The notes under the pieces: model-generated
What the model was told of the DNA's origin: nothing
Seen by the model: the letters and a program-made list of their open reading frames with translations, nothing else
Databases searched by the model: none
Part shown: piece by piece, positions 1-10,118 of the stretch
Layout: each line of letters starts with the position of its first letter
How positions within the stretch are numbered: the stretch's first letter is position 1
Translations under genes and position numbers: made by a program
DNA from: a virus
Strand: one strand, 5' to 3'
Length of the DNA stretch: 64,000 nucleotides
Virus record (IMG/VR): IMGVR_UViG_3300025929_000015
Location: 1-64,000 of that record

Positions 1-172
1 CGACATCGAGCTGCTGCTGCCGCGGATGCTTCCCGGCGCGATCATCGGGATGCATGACGGCGGCCCGCAGCATCCGTTCCGCGGCCAGCTGGGCGCGCTG
101 GAAGCCCGCGGCCTGGTCCGCGCGGTCACGCTGCGCACCCCGCGGGGCGTGTGCTTCGCGGAGGTCATGTGA
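1..172 (+). CDS. Class I SAM-dependent methyltransferase, C-terminal fragment (Methyltransf_24-like)
   Basis: Frame 2 reads DIELLLPRMLPGAIIGMHD...EVM*, matching the D..L.PGG.I..HD motif also present in the 1561 ORF. Truncated by the window edge. Confidence 0.65.
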   Translation, partial: DIELLLPRMLPGAIIGMHDGGPQHPFRGQLGALEARGLVRAVTLRTPRGVCFAEVM

Positions 173-816
173 GACTGCGCCACTACTACCACGTGTACGC
201 GGCCGGGGCGTGGGCGCTGCCGGTCCGGGAGCACATCGCCGCGCTGGGCCGGGCGGGCTTTCCCGGTGAGATGATCGTGGGCCTGACCGGGCCGGAGCAG
301 GACCGGGCGCGGGCGCGGGAGATGATCGTGCTGCGGATGCGCGGCTGGGACCTGCCCGAGCCGGCCGGCTGGGAGCAGGCTGACGATGGCTTCGAGCAGG
401 TCACCCTGGCCCGGCTGCGCGCCGACCTGCACCAGGGCACAGACGACGCCGCGGTGCTGTACGCGCACACCAAGGGCGCGCGGGATAACTCGGACTGGAA
501 CGCGGACTGGCGCCGGTCGATGACCCGGCACGTGGTGGGCCGCTGGCGCGAGTGCGTGCAGCTGCTGGCGTCCGGCTATGACACCGCGGGCTGCCACTGG
601 CTGACCCGCGAAGAGCACCATGACCCGCCGGACCGCGTCGTGACCGTCCCGTTTTACGGCGGGAACTTCTGGTGGGCGACCGCGCGGTACCTGCGCACGC
701 TGCCCGAACCGCTGACCGACTACCGGCACCGTGCCGAGGAATGGCTGGGGACGGGCAGTCCGAAAGCCTACGACCTGCTGCCCGGCTGGCCGGTCCCGGA
801 GCTGCTGAACCGGTGA
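169..816 (+). CDS. Putative glycan-modifying/glycosyltransferase-like protein
   Basis: GTG start overlaps the previous stop, with GGAGG upstream. VLYAHTKG and FYGGNFWWA motifs; lies within a GT/MTase cluster. Confidence 0.55.
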   Translation: MRLRHYYHVYAAGAWALPVREHIAALGRAGFPGEMIVGLTGPEQDRARAREMIVLRMRGWDLPEPAGWEQADDGFEQVTLARLRADLHQGTDDAAVLYAHTKGARDNSDWNADWRRSMTRHVVGRWRECVQLLASGYDTAGCHWLTREEHHDPPDRVVTVPFYGGNFWWATARYLRTLPEPLTDYRHRAEEWLGTGSPKAYDLLPGWPVPELLNR

Positions 817-1475
817 AGGCGTTCGTGATCTTCCGTGACCGGGTGACCTACGGGCGGCGTTGCGTGGCGGCCATGTTCCGCTCGGGCCTGGACCCGGTCG
901 TGGTAGATCACGGGAGCACCTGGCCGGACGCGGTGGACTGGCTGGACTGCCTGGCCTGCGACGAAATCCCGGTGCTGTACCGCGGCGGGGGGCACCCGCG
1001 GGAGCTGTGGGCGTGGCCGCCGTTCACCGCCGCGCGCGGCGATGACCCGTTCCTCGTGACCGACCCGGACGTGATCCCGGCCGCGGGCTGCCCGCTGGAC
1101 TGGCCGCAGCACCTGCTGCGGCTGCTGGAGGAGTACCCGGGGATGGCCAAGGCGGCGCTGGGGCTGCGGATCGACAACCTGCCCGCGCACTACTCGCGGC
1201 GGGACCAGGTGACCGCCTGGGAGGCGCAGTTCTGGACGAACCAGATCGGCCCGGGGGTGTACGGTGCCCCGGTGGACACCACGCTGGCGCTGTACCGGCC
1301 CGGGTCGGGGTTCGTGATGGACGCGATCCGCACCGGCCCGCCGTACGTGGCCGATCACCTGGCCTGGCACGAGAACCTGGAACATCCCACCGAGGAGAGC
1401 GACTATTACTACCGGCACGCCGAGCCCGGGATCTCCCACTGGGCCGCCCGCGGGCACAGCGCCTGGGGAAACTGA
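813..1475 (+). CDS. GT-A fold (family 2-like) glycosyltransferase
   Basis: GTGA overlap start; VVVDHGST, VTDPD (DxD) and DTTLALY motifs. Confidence 0.7.
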   Translation: MKAFVIFRDRVTYGRRCVAAMFRSGLDPVVVDHGSTWPDAVDWLDCLACDEIPVLYRGGGHPRELWAWPPFTAARGDDPFLVTDPDVIPAAGCPLDWPQHLLRLLEEYPGMAKAALGLRIDNLPAHYSRRDQVTAWEAQFWTNQIGPGVYGAPVDTTLALYRPGSGFVMDAIRTGPPYVADHLAWHENLEHPTEESDYYYRHAEPGISHWAARGHSAWGN

Positions 1476-1482
1476 CCGGCAG

Positions 1483-2022
1483 CTGATCCTGCCGGCGATC
1501 CCGTCCGCGGTCACCGCGAACGAGGCGGAAGCCCTCGCGGACCTGGCCCGCGGCACGGCCGTGCTGGAGCTGGGCGCCTGGTACGGGTTCTCCACCGTGG
1601 TGCTGGCCTCGGTCGCCGGCCGGGTCACCTCGGTGGACTGGCACCTGGGCGATGAGCACGCCGGCAGCACCGACACGTTCGCGATCTTCACCTCCTACCT
1701 GGAGCAGTACGCGGTGGCGGACCGGGTCGAGGTGATCCGGCAGCGGTTCGAGGACGCGCTGCCGGAGCTGGCCGCGCAGGGCCGCCGGTTCGGCGGCTGC
1801 TTCCTGGACGCGCACCACAGCGCCGAGTCGGTCAGCCGGGACCTGGGGCTGGCGCTGCCGCTGATCAGCCCGGGCGGGTTCATCGCGTTCCACGACTACG
1901 GGCGCGGCCCGGACAACGGCTTCCCCGGCTTCGGGGTCACCGAGGTCGCGGACCGGTTCGGGATCAGCGGCCGGACCGGGTTCCTGGCCTGGGGATACGT
2001 GACGGACAAGGTGGAGGGCTGA
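1483..2022 (+). CDS. Class I SAM methyltransferase (Methyltransf_24-like); start uncertain (CTG 1483 or GTG 1561)
   Basis: VLELGAWYGFST, FLDAHH and PGGFIAFHDY motifs. Coding-like sequence continues upstream of 1561. Confidence 0.75.
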   Translation: MILPAIPSAVTANEAEALADLARGTAVLELGAWYGFSTVVLASVAGRVTSVDWHLGDEHAGSTDTFAIFTSYLEQYAVADRVEVIRQRFEDALPELAAQGRRFGGCFLDAHHSAESVSRDLGLALPLISPGGFIAFHDYGRGPDNGFPGFGVTEVADRFGISGRTGFLAWGYVTDKVEG

Positions 2023-2462
2023 TGCGCAAAGTTCAGATGCTGGCCGGGATCAGCGGGACCCGCGCCAGCGGGGAACCGTGGCCCGCGGCGGGATACGCGC
2101 TGGTGGTGGAGGACTGGGAAGCCGAGCACCTGTACCGCGGGCAGATGGCCCGGCCGTGGCCCGGCGGGGATGACACGCCGGCGGAGCACGCGCCCGCCGC
2201 GCACAAGCCGGCGGAGCACAAGCCGGCCGAGCACAAGGCCGAGCACAAGCCGGCCGAGCACGCGGCGCACGCCGCGCACGCGCACGCCGCGGACCCGGCC
2301 AAGGCGGAGCCCGTTCACGCGGTGACCGCAGCGGAGGCGCCGAAGCCGGCCGCGCCGAAAGCCGACTGGGTCGAGTGGGCGATGGCCAACGGCGCGTCCG
2401 AGGACGAGGCGAACATGGCAACCAAGGCCCAGCTGATGGAAGCATACGGAGAGCGCGCATGA
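2022..2462 (+). CDS. Small head-associated protein with HKPAE repeats and a C-terminal helical motif
   Basis: Tandem (H)KPAEH repeats, then PKPAAPKADWVEWA...TKAQL; RBS GGAGG. Confidence 0.55.
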   Translation: MRKVQMLAGISGTRASGEPWPAAGYALVVEDWEAEHLYRGQMARPWPGGDDTPAEHAPAAHKPAEHKPAEHKAEHKPAEHAAHAAHAHAADPAKAEPVHAVTAAEAPKPAAPKADWVEWAMANGASEDEANMATKAQLMEAYGERA

Positions 2463-2619
2463 CGGAGCTGCCGGAGGAGGAAACCCGCGGCGGGGAGTCC
2501 CCGGGGGACTGGAAGATCGCCACAGTGATCTGGCAGGGCCCGGCGGTCACGCAGCACACCTGGACGCCCGGCTGCGACGGGCACCACCCGCCCGGCCCGT
2601 GCCCGGACGGGGACAGCTG

Positions 2620-3162
2620 ATGACCACCGCGGCCGTCACCCGGGTCCGCGACCTGCTGCTGACCGTCCGCCAGCTGGAGCGCAGCTGGCAGAAGCGGGCC
2701 GACACCGGCGACGACCGGTACACCCCGTGGATGCCAAGCGATGTGGCCCAGTACCTGGTGCTGCTGATCGAGGCGATGACCGAGGCGCCGGGCGACCGGT
2801 TCCTGGAGGTGGGCTGCGGGCCGGGCACCAAGATGCTGCTGGCACGGGAGCTGTTCGGGCTGGACGTGCACGGGTTCGACCGGGTCCCGGAGTACGTCGC
2901 CGCGGCCCGCGAGCGCGGCCTGGACGTCATCTTGCACGACGCGCTGGCCTACCCGGGGTACGGCACGGCCGACATCGTGTTCCTGAACCGGCCCTGCCGG
3001 GACGCGGTGCTGGAACGTGAGGTGGAGCGGACGGTGTGGGCGCGGATGCGGCGCGGCGCGGTCCTGATCACGATGAACACCGAGATGCTGCCGCCGGAGA
3101 ACCGGTGGCTGGTGGTCAGCGAGGACCTGGACGTCAAGAGGGGGGTCTGGCTGAAGCTGTGA
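2620..3162 (+). CDS. Class I SAM-dependent methyltransferase
   Basis: FLEVGCGPG motif I; TGATG coupling to the upstream small ORF 2459-2620. Confidence 0.8.
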   Translation: MTTAAVTRVRDLLLTVRQLERSWQKRADTGDDRYTPWMPSDVAQYLVLLIEAMTEAPGDRFLEVGCGPGTKMLLARELFGLDVHGFDRVPEYVAAARERGLDVILHDALAYPGYGTADIVFLNRPCRDAVLEREVERTVWARMRRGAVLITMNTEMLPPENRWLVVSEDLDVKRGVWLKL

Positions 3163-3175
3163 GAGGAGACGCGCG

Positions 3176-3466
3176 TTGAGTGACTTCGACCTGGACAAGC
3201 TCCGCTCGATCGGGCACCTGACCCGGGGCCGCACCCGGTCGCGGAGCAAGTCGGGCCGGGAGCACCCGGAGTCCGGCGAGCCGTACCAGGTGACCCGGGA
3301 CGAGCTGGGCAACGACGTGACCGAGCACGGCAAGCGGGGGTCCGGGGTCTCGGACCGGCAGGACGTCAACATCCGCCCGGAACCGGTCCGGGTGGACCTG
3401 CGGGACACGGTGCGGGCGCGGGACGCAGAAACCGGCGGTACCGACGGGAACCTGAGGATGACCTGA
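3176..3466 (+). CDS. Hypothetical protein
   Basis: RBS GAGGAG, TTG start, strong GC3 codon bias. Confidence 0.6.
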   Translation: MSDFDLDKLRSIGHLTRGRTRSRSKSGREHPESGEPYQVTRDELGNDVTEHGKRGSGVSDRQDVNIRPEPVRVDLRDTVRARDAETGGTDGNLRMT

Positions 3467-3467
3467 T

Positions 3468-3965
3468 ATGGCCTGGACCGAGAGCGGCATCTACGGGCAG
3501 GTGCTGTACGGCAACCTGAGCCTGACCGCCGGCTACCCGAACTGGATCGGCACCACCGGGTACTACATGTACCTGACGAACAACTCCGATACCCCCAACT
3601 TCCAGAATTCCGCGGCCACGTCGGTCTACTCGGCTACCAACGAGGTGCACGACTCCTCGGCCTGGCCGGCCGGCGGGGTGCAGTTCACCACGCTGGGCGT
3701 GGGCGGCACGTCGATCGTGCCGAACTGGACGCTGACCGGGACCCCGCCGACGACGCTCATGCATTACAAGGCGTCCAACGTGTCGGTGGCGGCCACCACG
3801 CTGGCCTCACCCGGCACCTACGGCGGGTACTTCTACATCAATTCCGGCACCAAGTACCAGTGGATTGCCATCTACTTCGGCGGCACCGGGTACATCACCG
3901 CTGCCGGGACGTTCGCCATCACCTGGGCCGGCGGCGACGTGGCCACGTTCGCCCTGGCCTCGTGA
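3468..3965 (+). CDS. Virion structural protein (paralog of 8911-9429)
   Basis: Thr/Gly/Ala-rich beta protein; MAW... start and GTF.I.W C-terminus shared with the 8911 ORF. Confidence 0.6.
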   Translation: MAWTESGIYGQVLYGNLSLTAGYPNWIGTTGYYMYLTNNSDTPNFQNSAATSVYSATNEVHDSSAWPAGGVQFTTLGVGGTSIVPNWTLTGTPPTTLMHYKASNVSVAATTLASPGTYGGYFYINSGTKYQWIAIYFGGTGYITAAGTFAITWAGGDVATFALAS

Positions 3966-3991
3966 TTCATGCAGTGCGAGAGAGGTTACTC

Positions 3992-4672
3992 ATGGCGGCA
4001 GATAACGGCAGGTCGGGCGACGCGCTCGGCATCGCGGTGACCGAGCACCTGGGCCCCGGTGACGGGGGCCGGGAGACCGGCGCGCTGCGCATCGAGAAGT
4101 GGGACCTGGACCAGATCGCCTGGGCCCGGGGGCGGAACCGGGACTTCTTCGACCCGCGGCGCGAGCCCGATGCCCGCTGGTTCACCGAGTTCGGCGTCCG
4201 CCCGGTCGAGGTGGCCGAGTTCGCCGACACCAACCTGATCACCGGGGCCGGGTGGGCCCGGTGCCTGAACAACGGCGGCTGGCTCGGCACCGCCGCGACG
4301 CTGTTCAGCGCCACCGTGGGCCGGGTGGGCCTGGGCCAGGGCCTGACTGCCGCGACCTACTCCGACACGGCGCTGACCACGGCGTCGGGCTGGACGGGCG
4401 GCAACTGGCAGCTGAACGGCGCGACGCCCACGTACGCCACGGCGTCCGGCGGCACGGGCGCGACCATGATCTTCCTGTGCACGTTCGGCACGGGCGCGTT
4501 CTCCGCCAACCTGATCACCGAGTTCGCCGTCGACCAGGGCACCGCGGCCAGCGGCGCCAACGTGACGGCCAGCGTGGCGCCGATGGTCAACCACGGGGTG
4601 AACGCCTCGGGGTACGGGACCAAGACCAGCTCGCAGACCTGGAACATCACCGTCACCTTGACGTTCACCTGA
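3992..4672 (+). CDS. Putative virion structural/minor tail protein
   Basis: NLIT.AG and GTKTSSQTWNITVTLTFT motifs typical of phage tail-associated proteins; RBS GAGAGG. Confidence 0.6.
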   Translation: MAADNGRSGDALGIAVTEHLGPGDGGRETGALRIEKWDLDQIAWARGRNRDFFDPRREPDARWFTEFGVRPVEVAEFADTNLITGAGWARCLNNGGWLGTAATLFSATVGRVGLGQGLTAATYSDTALTTASGWTGGNWQLNGATPTYATASGGTGATMIFLCTFGTGAFSANLITEFAVDQGTAASGANVTASVAPMVNHGVNASGYGTKTSSQTWNITVTLTFT

Positions 4673-4709
4673 TCGCCGGCCCCGGCCGATAACGCAGAAG
4701 CGAGGCGCC

Positions 4710-6218
4710 ATGCCGCAGACCGGGCCTTTCTACGGGACCGCCGCCTCGAGCGGCGGCGGCGGGACCGGCACCTGGGCCAGCCCGACCAGCGCGGACGGCG
4801 CGCCGAACGGCCTCAACGCGGTCTGGGCCCCGGCCCCCACCCGGGCGGTGGCCCTGTCGAACGTCGCGTCCGCCTCGGACGTGATCGTCCCCGGGATCTC
4901 CGGCAGCCCCGGGAACCTGACGATCCTGAGCCCGTCCGTACTGCCCGGGGTCAACTACAGCCAGGCGTACCCCGGTATCACGCTGTACGCCTCCGGCGGC
5001 ACCGCGCCGTACACCTGGACGGTGGTCGGCGGGGCGATGCCCGCCGGGGTCGCGCTGGCCGGCAACGGCCGCCTGACCGGCGGGACGCTGAGCACCGGGG
5101 CCGGCACGTACAACTTCACCATCCAGTGCGCCGATTCCGCTGGGCACTCGCTGACCCAGGGCTGCTCCATCACCGTCACCAACGAGACCCTGCAGACCTC
5201 CTCCAACGACAACGGGTTCAGCGGGTTCAACTACTACGGGGTGAACGAATCGGCGTTCAACTCGGGGAACATGCAGGTCGTGCCCGACCTGCCCGAGGGC
5301 ACCGGCTGGCAGCCGAACGTCTCCGGGCAGGTGCTCCAGGTGTGCAACACCGCGTGCTACGACCCCGGGAACTGGTCCACCACCATCCAGACGACCGGAC
5401 CGCAGCAGTCCCCGGCCAACAGCGGCACGATCGTGGCCGGGCCGGAGACCCGCCAGGTCTGGTACTACGGCGGCTACGGGTACTCCTACGAGCCGCCGCT
5501 GACCTACTTCAACTCGATCACGACCAGCTACTCGTTCATCCCGCCAGCGCCGAACGGGATCACCTTCCCGAACGAGGGCGCGCAGCTGTACGAGTTCTGC
5601 TACGACATCTGGCTGAACCTGTTCGACACCGAGATCATGGTGTGGATGTGGACGCAGGGCCCGCGCTACCCGTGGGGCAGCTGGCCGAGCCCGAGCCAGT
5701 CCAACTTCCAGCCGGTCCCGCTGACCAACCCGGTCAACATCCCCTTCCCGGGCGGCTACAACCCGTTCTACGGCCAGATCGTCAACCTCCCGACCGGCCC
5801 GAACGGCTCCAACATGACCTACGGGTTCTGCTACAACGTGCAGTCCACCCAGGCCACCTGGCAGTCCGGCACCAGCTATCCAGTGCCGCGCGGGCCGTTC
5901 AACTTCATCCAGGTGAACAGTACCGGCACCGCCTTCAACAACACCGCCTCGGGGTTCATCAACTTGTGGGGGCCGAACGGCGCGTCCGGCAACGGGCTGA
6001 TCAACTGGCTGGTCAACAACCAGTTCGCGGGCGGGACGGCGGCGGCCGGGGTGGCCGGCGGGGTGGCGGCCTACACCCCGACGCTGGACAGCGTGAACTT
6101 CGGCGTCGAGGTCTGCTGCAGCGGCGGCACGGACTACCCGGCGAACCTGTACTCGTTCACCAGCTTCACCACCATCACCGACAAGACGTGGACCGCGCAG
6201 ACGGTGACACCGCATTGA
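4710..6218 (+). CDS. Ig-like (He_PIG) domain plus GH12-like glycoside hydrolase
   Basis: ASGGTAPYTWTV...MPAGV Ig motif; YDIWL...EIMVW and VNFGVEV match the two GH12 catalytic Glu motifs. Confidence 0.7.
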   Translation: MPQTGPFYGTAASSGGGGTGTWASPTSADGAPNGLNAVWAPAPTRAVALSNVASASDVIVPGISGSPGNLTILSPSVLPGVNYSQAYPGITLYASGGTAPYTWTVVGGAMPAGVALAGNGRLTGGTLSTGAGTYNFTIQCADSAGHSLTQGCSITVTNETLQTSSNDNGFSGFNYYGVNESAFNSGNMQVVPDLPEGTGWQPNVSGQVLQVCNTACYDPGNWSTTIQTTGPQQSPANSGTIVAGPETRQVWYYGGYGYSYEPPLTYFNSITTSYSFIPPAPNGITFPNEGAQLYEFCYDIWLNLFDTEIMVWMWTQGPRYPWGSWPSPSQSNFQPVPLTNPVNIPFPGGYNPFYGQIVNLPTGPNGSNMTYGFCYNVQSTQATWQSGTSYPVPRGPFNFIQVNSTGTAFNNTASGFINLWGPNGASGNGLINWLVNNQFAGGTAAAGVAGGVAAYTPTLDSVNFGVEVCCSGGTDYPANLYSFTSFTTITDKTWTAQTVTPH

Positions 6219-6228
6219 GGGAGGGGCC

Positions 6229-6780
6229 GTGACCGTGATCCTGAAGCGCTCGGGCGCCTTCATCGGCGGCCCGCCGCACACCGCCAGCCGCTGGGTCTCC
6301 GCGGCCGTGGCGGCGTCCGGGATCCCGGCCTGGAACGCGCCCGGTCACCAGTTCCCCGGCTGGGCAGACCCGGCCGCGACCTACATCCGGCACCCGGTCA
6401 GCTGGCTCGGCTCGATGTACCGCAACCCGGTCGCGCTGACCCCGGCGATGGGCTGGTACGTGGACCGCCCGCGCGGCCAGCCGGTGGAGCAGTGGGTGAC
6501 CGCGGTGCTGGCCGTACCGGGTTCGGTGGGCCGGTTCTTCCGGCAGTGGGCGCTGCCCGGCATCCGGGTGGCCCGGTTCGAGTCGCTGCGCGCTGACCTG
6601 CGCGCCCTGCTGGAAGGATTCGGGGAGCAGCTGAGCGCGCACGCCCGGACGGTGATCGACCGGCTGGCCCCGATCGGGGCCGGGCCGCCGGGGCCACCCT
6701 GGCCGGCCGGGCTGGCGGACGCGGTGTGCGCGGCCGAGGAAGAGTTCGTCGCGGAGTTCTACCCGGAGGGCGCCCCGTGA
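6229..6780 (+). CDS. Sulfotransferase-like protein (degenerate)
   Basis: FIGGPPHTAS resembles the PSB loop; IRHPVSWLGSMY and RFESLRADL are typical of Sulfotransfer_2-type proteins. Confidence 0.5.
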   Translation: MTVILKRSGAFIGGPPHTASRWVSAAVAASGIPAWNAPGHQFPGWADPAATYIRHPVSWLGSMYRNPVALTPAMGWYVDRPRGQPVEQWVTAVLAVPGSVGRFFRQWALPGIRVARFESLRADLRALLEGFGEQLSAHARTVIDRLAPIGAGPPGPPWPAGLADAVCAAEEEFVAEFYPEGAP

Positions 6781-8024
6781 CGACGTTCACGGTCACCGCG
6801 ACCGACACGGCCGCGACGCTGGCCACGTTCGCGGCCCTGAAAGTCTTCGTCGTCACCTCCGTGTCCGCGGCCGGCGGCAACTCGGCCGGGTTCGCCGGGG
6901 GCTGGGGCGTGACCAACGACGTCATCACCCCCGCGCAGGCCGGCTCGCTGCTGCTGTTCGGCCTGGCCCAGACCGCCGGCACCTGGTCTGCCTACACCAC
7001 CGACGCGAACAACACGCTCGTCGACAACGCGCAGTACGCCGCGACCGGGTACGGGTACGCGGACGGGTACTACTCGGGGCCGGGCGGCAGCGGGCTGACC
7101 GTGGGCGCCAGCGGCCCTGCCGTCTGGACCGCAAGCGGGGTCTACGAGCTGGTCCCGCACAACGGCGCACCGGCGATCGACGGCAGCACCCCCGCGGTGG
7201 CGGTCACCGACGCGACCACCGCGCCGGTCACCGCGTCGTTCACCCCGCCGTCCGGATCGGTGCTGTGCGCCGTCCTGATGGCCAACAGCACCGGCACGCC
7301 CGTCATCGCGATGTCCGACACCAGCGGGCTCGGCCTGACCTGGACCCAGCAGCTGCAGTTCAGCGCGTCCTACGAGGGCACGGTCACTATCATGACCGCG
7401 ACCATGCCCGGCGGCGGCACCGCGATCGCGCTGGCCAGCGCCGGGACGGGCACTGAGGCGATCGCCGTCCCCGCGGTGAAGTCCCCGCCGCTGCAGGTTT
7501 CCGGGTTCGGCACGTTCCCCGCGGTGGGAGCCTCGGATACGATCAACTTCGTCCAGGTGTCGGTCACCGAGTACCAGTCCAGCGTGGCGATGCCGGCCTG
7601 CTCGTTCGAGCTGTGGGACAACGGCATCACCCAGATCGGCACCACCCAGACCGGGACCCGGTCGCAGACCCCGGGCAACGTCAGCACGGCCCAGTTCCGG
7701 CCGACCTACGCCCAGCTGGCCACCCTTCAGGTCCGGGTGTACGGCAACGCGCCCAGCGGGACCGGCGACACCGAGAACGTCGACGCGGTCGGGCTGGTCG
7801 TCGACTACACCCCGGCGTCGGGAACCTTCATCGCGCTGGCCGGGTCGGCGACGGGCACCGATACGCTCGGCGGGACCTCGTCCCTGCAGGTGCTGACCAC
7901 CAGCTTGCCCAACGCGATCGAGGGGACGGCCTACTCGGCCGGCCTGACCGCCACCGGCGGGACGCCGCCGTACACCTGGACCATCGTCTCCGGGGCGCTG
8001 CCGCCCTGGGCCACCCTGACCTGA
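6777..8024 (+). CDS. Multi-domain virion decoration/fiber protein with C-terminal Ig (He_PIG) fragment
   Basis: GTGA start; Thr/Ala-rich; ends TTSLPNA...GGTPPYTWTIVSGALPPW; shares a domain with the 29343 ORF. Confidence 0.6.
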   Translation: MTTFTVTATDTAATLATFAALKVFVVTSVSAAGGNSAGFAGGWGVTNDVITPAQAGSLLLFGLAQTAGTWSAYTTDANNTLVDNAQYAATGYGYADGYYSGPGGSGLTVGASGPAVWTASGVYELVPHNGAPAIDGSTPAVAVTDATTAPVTASFTPPSGSVLCAVLMANSTGTPVIAMSDTSGLGLTWTQQLQFSASYEGTVTIMTATMPGGGTAIALASAGTGTEAIAVPAVKSPPLQVSGFGTFPAVGASDTINFVQVSVTEYQSSVAMPACSFELWDNGITQIGTTQTGTRSQTPGNVSTAQFRPTYAQLATLQVRVYGNAPSGTGDTENVDAVGLVVDYTPASGTFIALAGSATGTDTLGGTSSLQVLTTSLPNAIEGTAYSAGLTATGGTPPYTWTIVSGALPPWATLT

Positions 8025-8034
8025 GGGAGGGACC

Positions 8035-8454
8035 ATGGCGGGTACGATCTCCGGGCTGCCCGCAGCCCCGGCCGGGACCGCCAGCTTCACCGTCCAGGTC
8101 ACCGACAACCTCGGCGCCGTCAACACCGCCGCGCTGTCCATCGCCACCGTCCCCGCCCCGGTCGCGCTGGCCGACGGCGGCACGGCCAGCACCGTGCTGG
8201 CCGTCCCCGGGGGCGCGCTGGGCCTGATCACCGGGATGCCCGTCCCGCCCACCGGGACCGCCACCTTCACCGTCCAGGTCGCCGACATCACCGGGGCCCG
8301 GTCGGTCCACGTGCTGAGCATCGCCACGACGACCGGGTCGGGCCCGAACTACGGCACCGTGGAGACCGCGGGCACCGGCACCGGGACCTGGGTCAACCCG
8401 GCCTACGTGACCGGCGCCCCGGACTCGCTGGTCGCGACCTGGACCGCGCCGTGA
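8035..8454 (+). CDS. Ig-fragment repeat structural protein
   Basis: Two copies of G.I.G.P..P.GTA.FTVQV.D; RBS GGGAGGG. Confidence 0.6.
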   Translation: MAGTISGLPAAPAGTASFTVQVTDNLGAVNTAALSIATVPAPVALADGGTASTVLAVPGGALGLITGMPVPPTGTATFTVQVADITGARSVHVLSIATTTGSGPNYGTVETAGTGTGTWVNPAYVTGAPDSLVATWTAP

Positions 8455-8470
8455 CCCCTGCGGAAAGGAC

Positions 8471-8794
8471 ATGCCGGTGAGAGTGCCGCTGCTGGACCAG
8501 GTGACGCGCTGGTCATGCCCGAACTGCGACGTGACCGACGTCACCCGGGGCGCCATGGACCCGGGCTCCTCCCGGTTCCACACCTGCGCCGGGCTGCACA
8601 TGCTCACCGCGCCGCTGGTCCGGGACGGCACCCGGTGCAAGGTCGAGGCCGAGGAGCGCGCCGACTACCTCGGCCGGGAGGTCCAGGACCACGGCGATGA
8701 CGGCAAGCCGTACATGGCGGTCCGCACCACCCGGGACGACGGGGACGACGTGGCCGTGAACGCGGGCCTGGCCCAGGCCCGGCTGGAAGGATGA
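8471..8794 (+). CDS. Small Cys/His metal-binding protein
   Basis: CPNC...HTC motif; RBS AAGGA. Confidence 0.55.
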   Translation: MPVRVPLLDQVTRWSCPNCDVTDVTRGAMDPGSSRFHTCAGLHMLTAPLVRDGTRCKVEAEERADYLGREVQDHGDDGKPYMAVRTTRDDGDDVAVNAGLAQARLEG

Positions 8795-8910
8795 CGCCAG
8801 TGAGTGAACCGGACCAGGCCCCCGCGGTCGTCGCGCATGCGGGCCTTGCCACCGCCCAGTGCTCAGGAACTGCTGAGCCGGAACCTGACAACGAGGAAGA
8901 GGACTGAGCC

Positions 8911-9429
8911 ATGGCATGGAGCGCCAGCGCCATTTTCCAGCAGGCGATGCTGAACCCGATCGCCCGGGGAGTCGCCGCGACCAGCGGCTTCCCGACCACC
9001 TACGCGGGCCTGGTCGCCGACGCGAACGTCAAGGCCGCCCTGTTCAACAACACCGGGACCCCGTCCAAGTCGGTGTCGCTGGCGAACTCGTGCTACGCGG
9101 TGGACCAGTGGGTGGTCGGCAACGAGGTCATCGACACGCTGAACACCAACTGGGTCGCAGGCGGCCGGGCGCTGGGCAGCAAGTCGTTCGCCATCGACAC
9201 GACCTCCAGCTCGCTGTGTTTTACTGCGGCGAACACCGCGGGCGCCGCCAACGTCACCATTACCAACGCCTACGGCTGCCTGGTCTACGACGGCACCATC
9301 ACCGTGACCGCCAACCAGGGCATGTGCTACAACTACTTCGGGGGATCACAGAACGTGACCAACGGCACATTCACGGTGATTTGGGCTACAGTAGGTCTCA
9401 CGACTGCCGTTTTCAACATTACCGTCTGA
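8911..9429 (+). CDS. Virion structural protein (paralog of 3468-3965)
   Basis: VKAALFNN, NEV...W.AGG and YNYFGG...GTFTVIW motifs. Confidence 0.65.
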   Translation: MAWSASAIFQQAMLNPIARGVAATSGFPTTYAGLVADANVKAALFNNTGTPSKSVSLANSCYAVDQWVVGNEVIDTLNTNWVAGGRALGSKSFAIDTTSSSLCFTAANTAGAANVTITNAYGCLVYDGTITVTANQGMCYNYFGGSQNVTNGTFTVIWATVGLTTAVFNITV

Positions 9430-9495
9430 CCTGCATAAACTTACTCTTTAGGGATGCGCTAACCTGTGGGTCCCGACCTCGGAAGGTAGGAAGAA

Positions 9496-10104
9496 ATGCC
9501 TGGCACCCTATGGTCGGCTCCGGTCCCGGCCCTGAGCAACAACAGCCTCGTCATCTCCCCGGCGACGGGGACGCTGACGGACATCTCCCCGGCGCAGGTG
9601 ATCATCAACCCGCCGCAGCTCAACGTCGGCACCCGGGTGCGGCTGTTCTCGTCCGGCTCCTACATCGCCACCACCACGGCGTCGTCGATCACGCTGGGGT
9701 TCTACATGACCTCAGCGGCCGTCGCGACGACCGCGAACCCGCTGGTGGCCAGTTCGGCGGTGCTCGGCGTCGGGCCGTCCACGGCGGTCGGCGCGGTCAC
9801 GGCAGAGTGGATGGCGCAGTATTTCGGCGTGATCACGAAGATCTCCTCCCCGGTGATCGGGACGTCCAACGCGACGATCGTGGGCCACGGCATGGTGTTC
9901 TGGCAGACGGCGGTCGGCGGTAACTTCACCGTCCTCGCGATCCCGCAGACAGTGGCGGCCGCCACTGTCATCCAGACCGGCACGACAGCGTTCGGCATGG
10001 TCACCAACATCGCCCAGCTGGTCTCCATCGGCGCGACCGTCGCGGTCAACACCGGGCTGACCTCGATCACGTGCGACGAGCTGACCTGCGAACTGCTCGG
10101 TTAG
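9496..10104 (+). CDS. Putative structural protein
   Basis: Beta-rich Thr/Val/Ala composition; operon context. Confidence 0.55.
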   Translation: MPGTLWSAPVPALSNNSLVISPATGTLTDISPAQVIINPPQLNVGTRVRLFSSGSYIATTTASSITLGFYMTSAAVATTANPLVASSAVLGVGPSTAVGAVTAEWMAQYFGVITKISSPVIGTSNATIVGHGMVFWQTAVGGNFTVLAIPQTVAAATVIQTGTTAFGMVTNIAQLVSIGATVAVNTGLTSITCDELTCELLG

Positions 10105-10118
10105 TCCTGCCCGCCTGA

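Noticed and set aside
1466-1475. G GGA AAC slippery heptamer before the stop of the GT2-like gene
   Set aside because: A -1 shift reaches a stop within a few codons, and the downstream methyltransferase is in the +1 frame. A CTG start is the simpler explanation.
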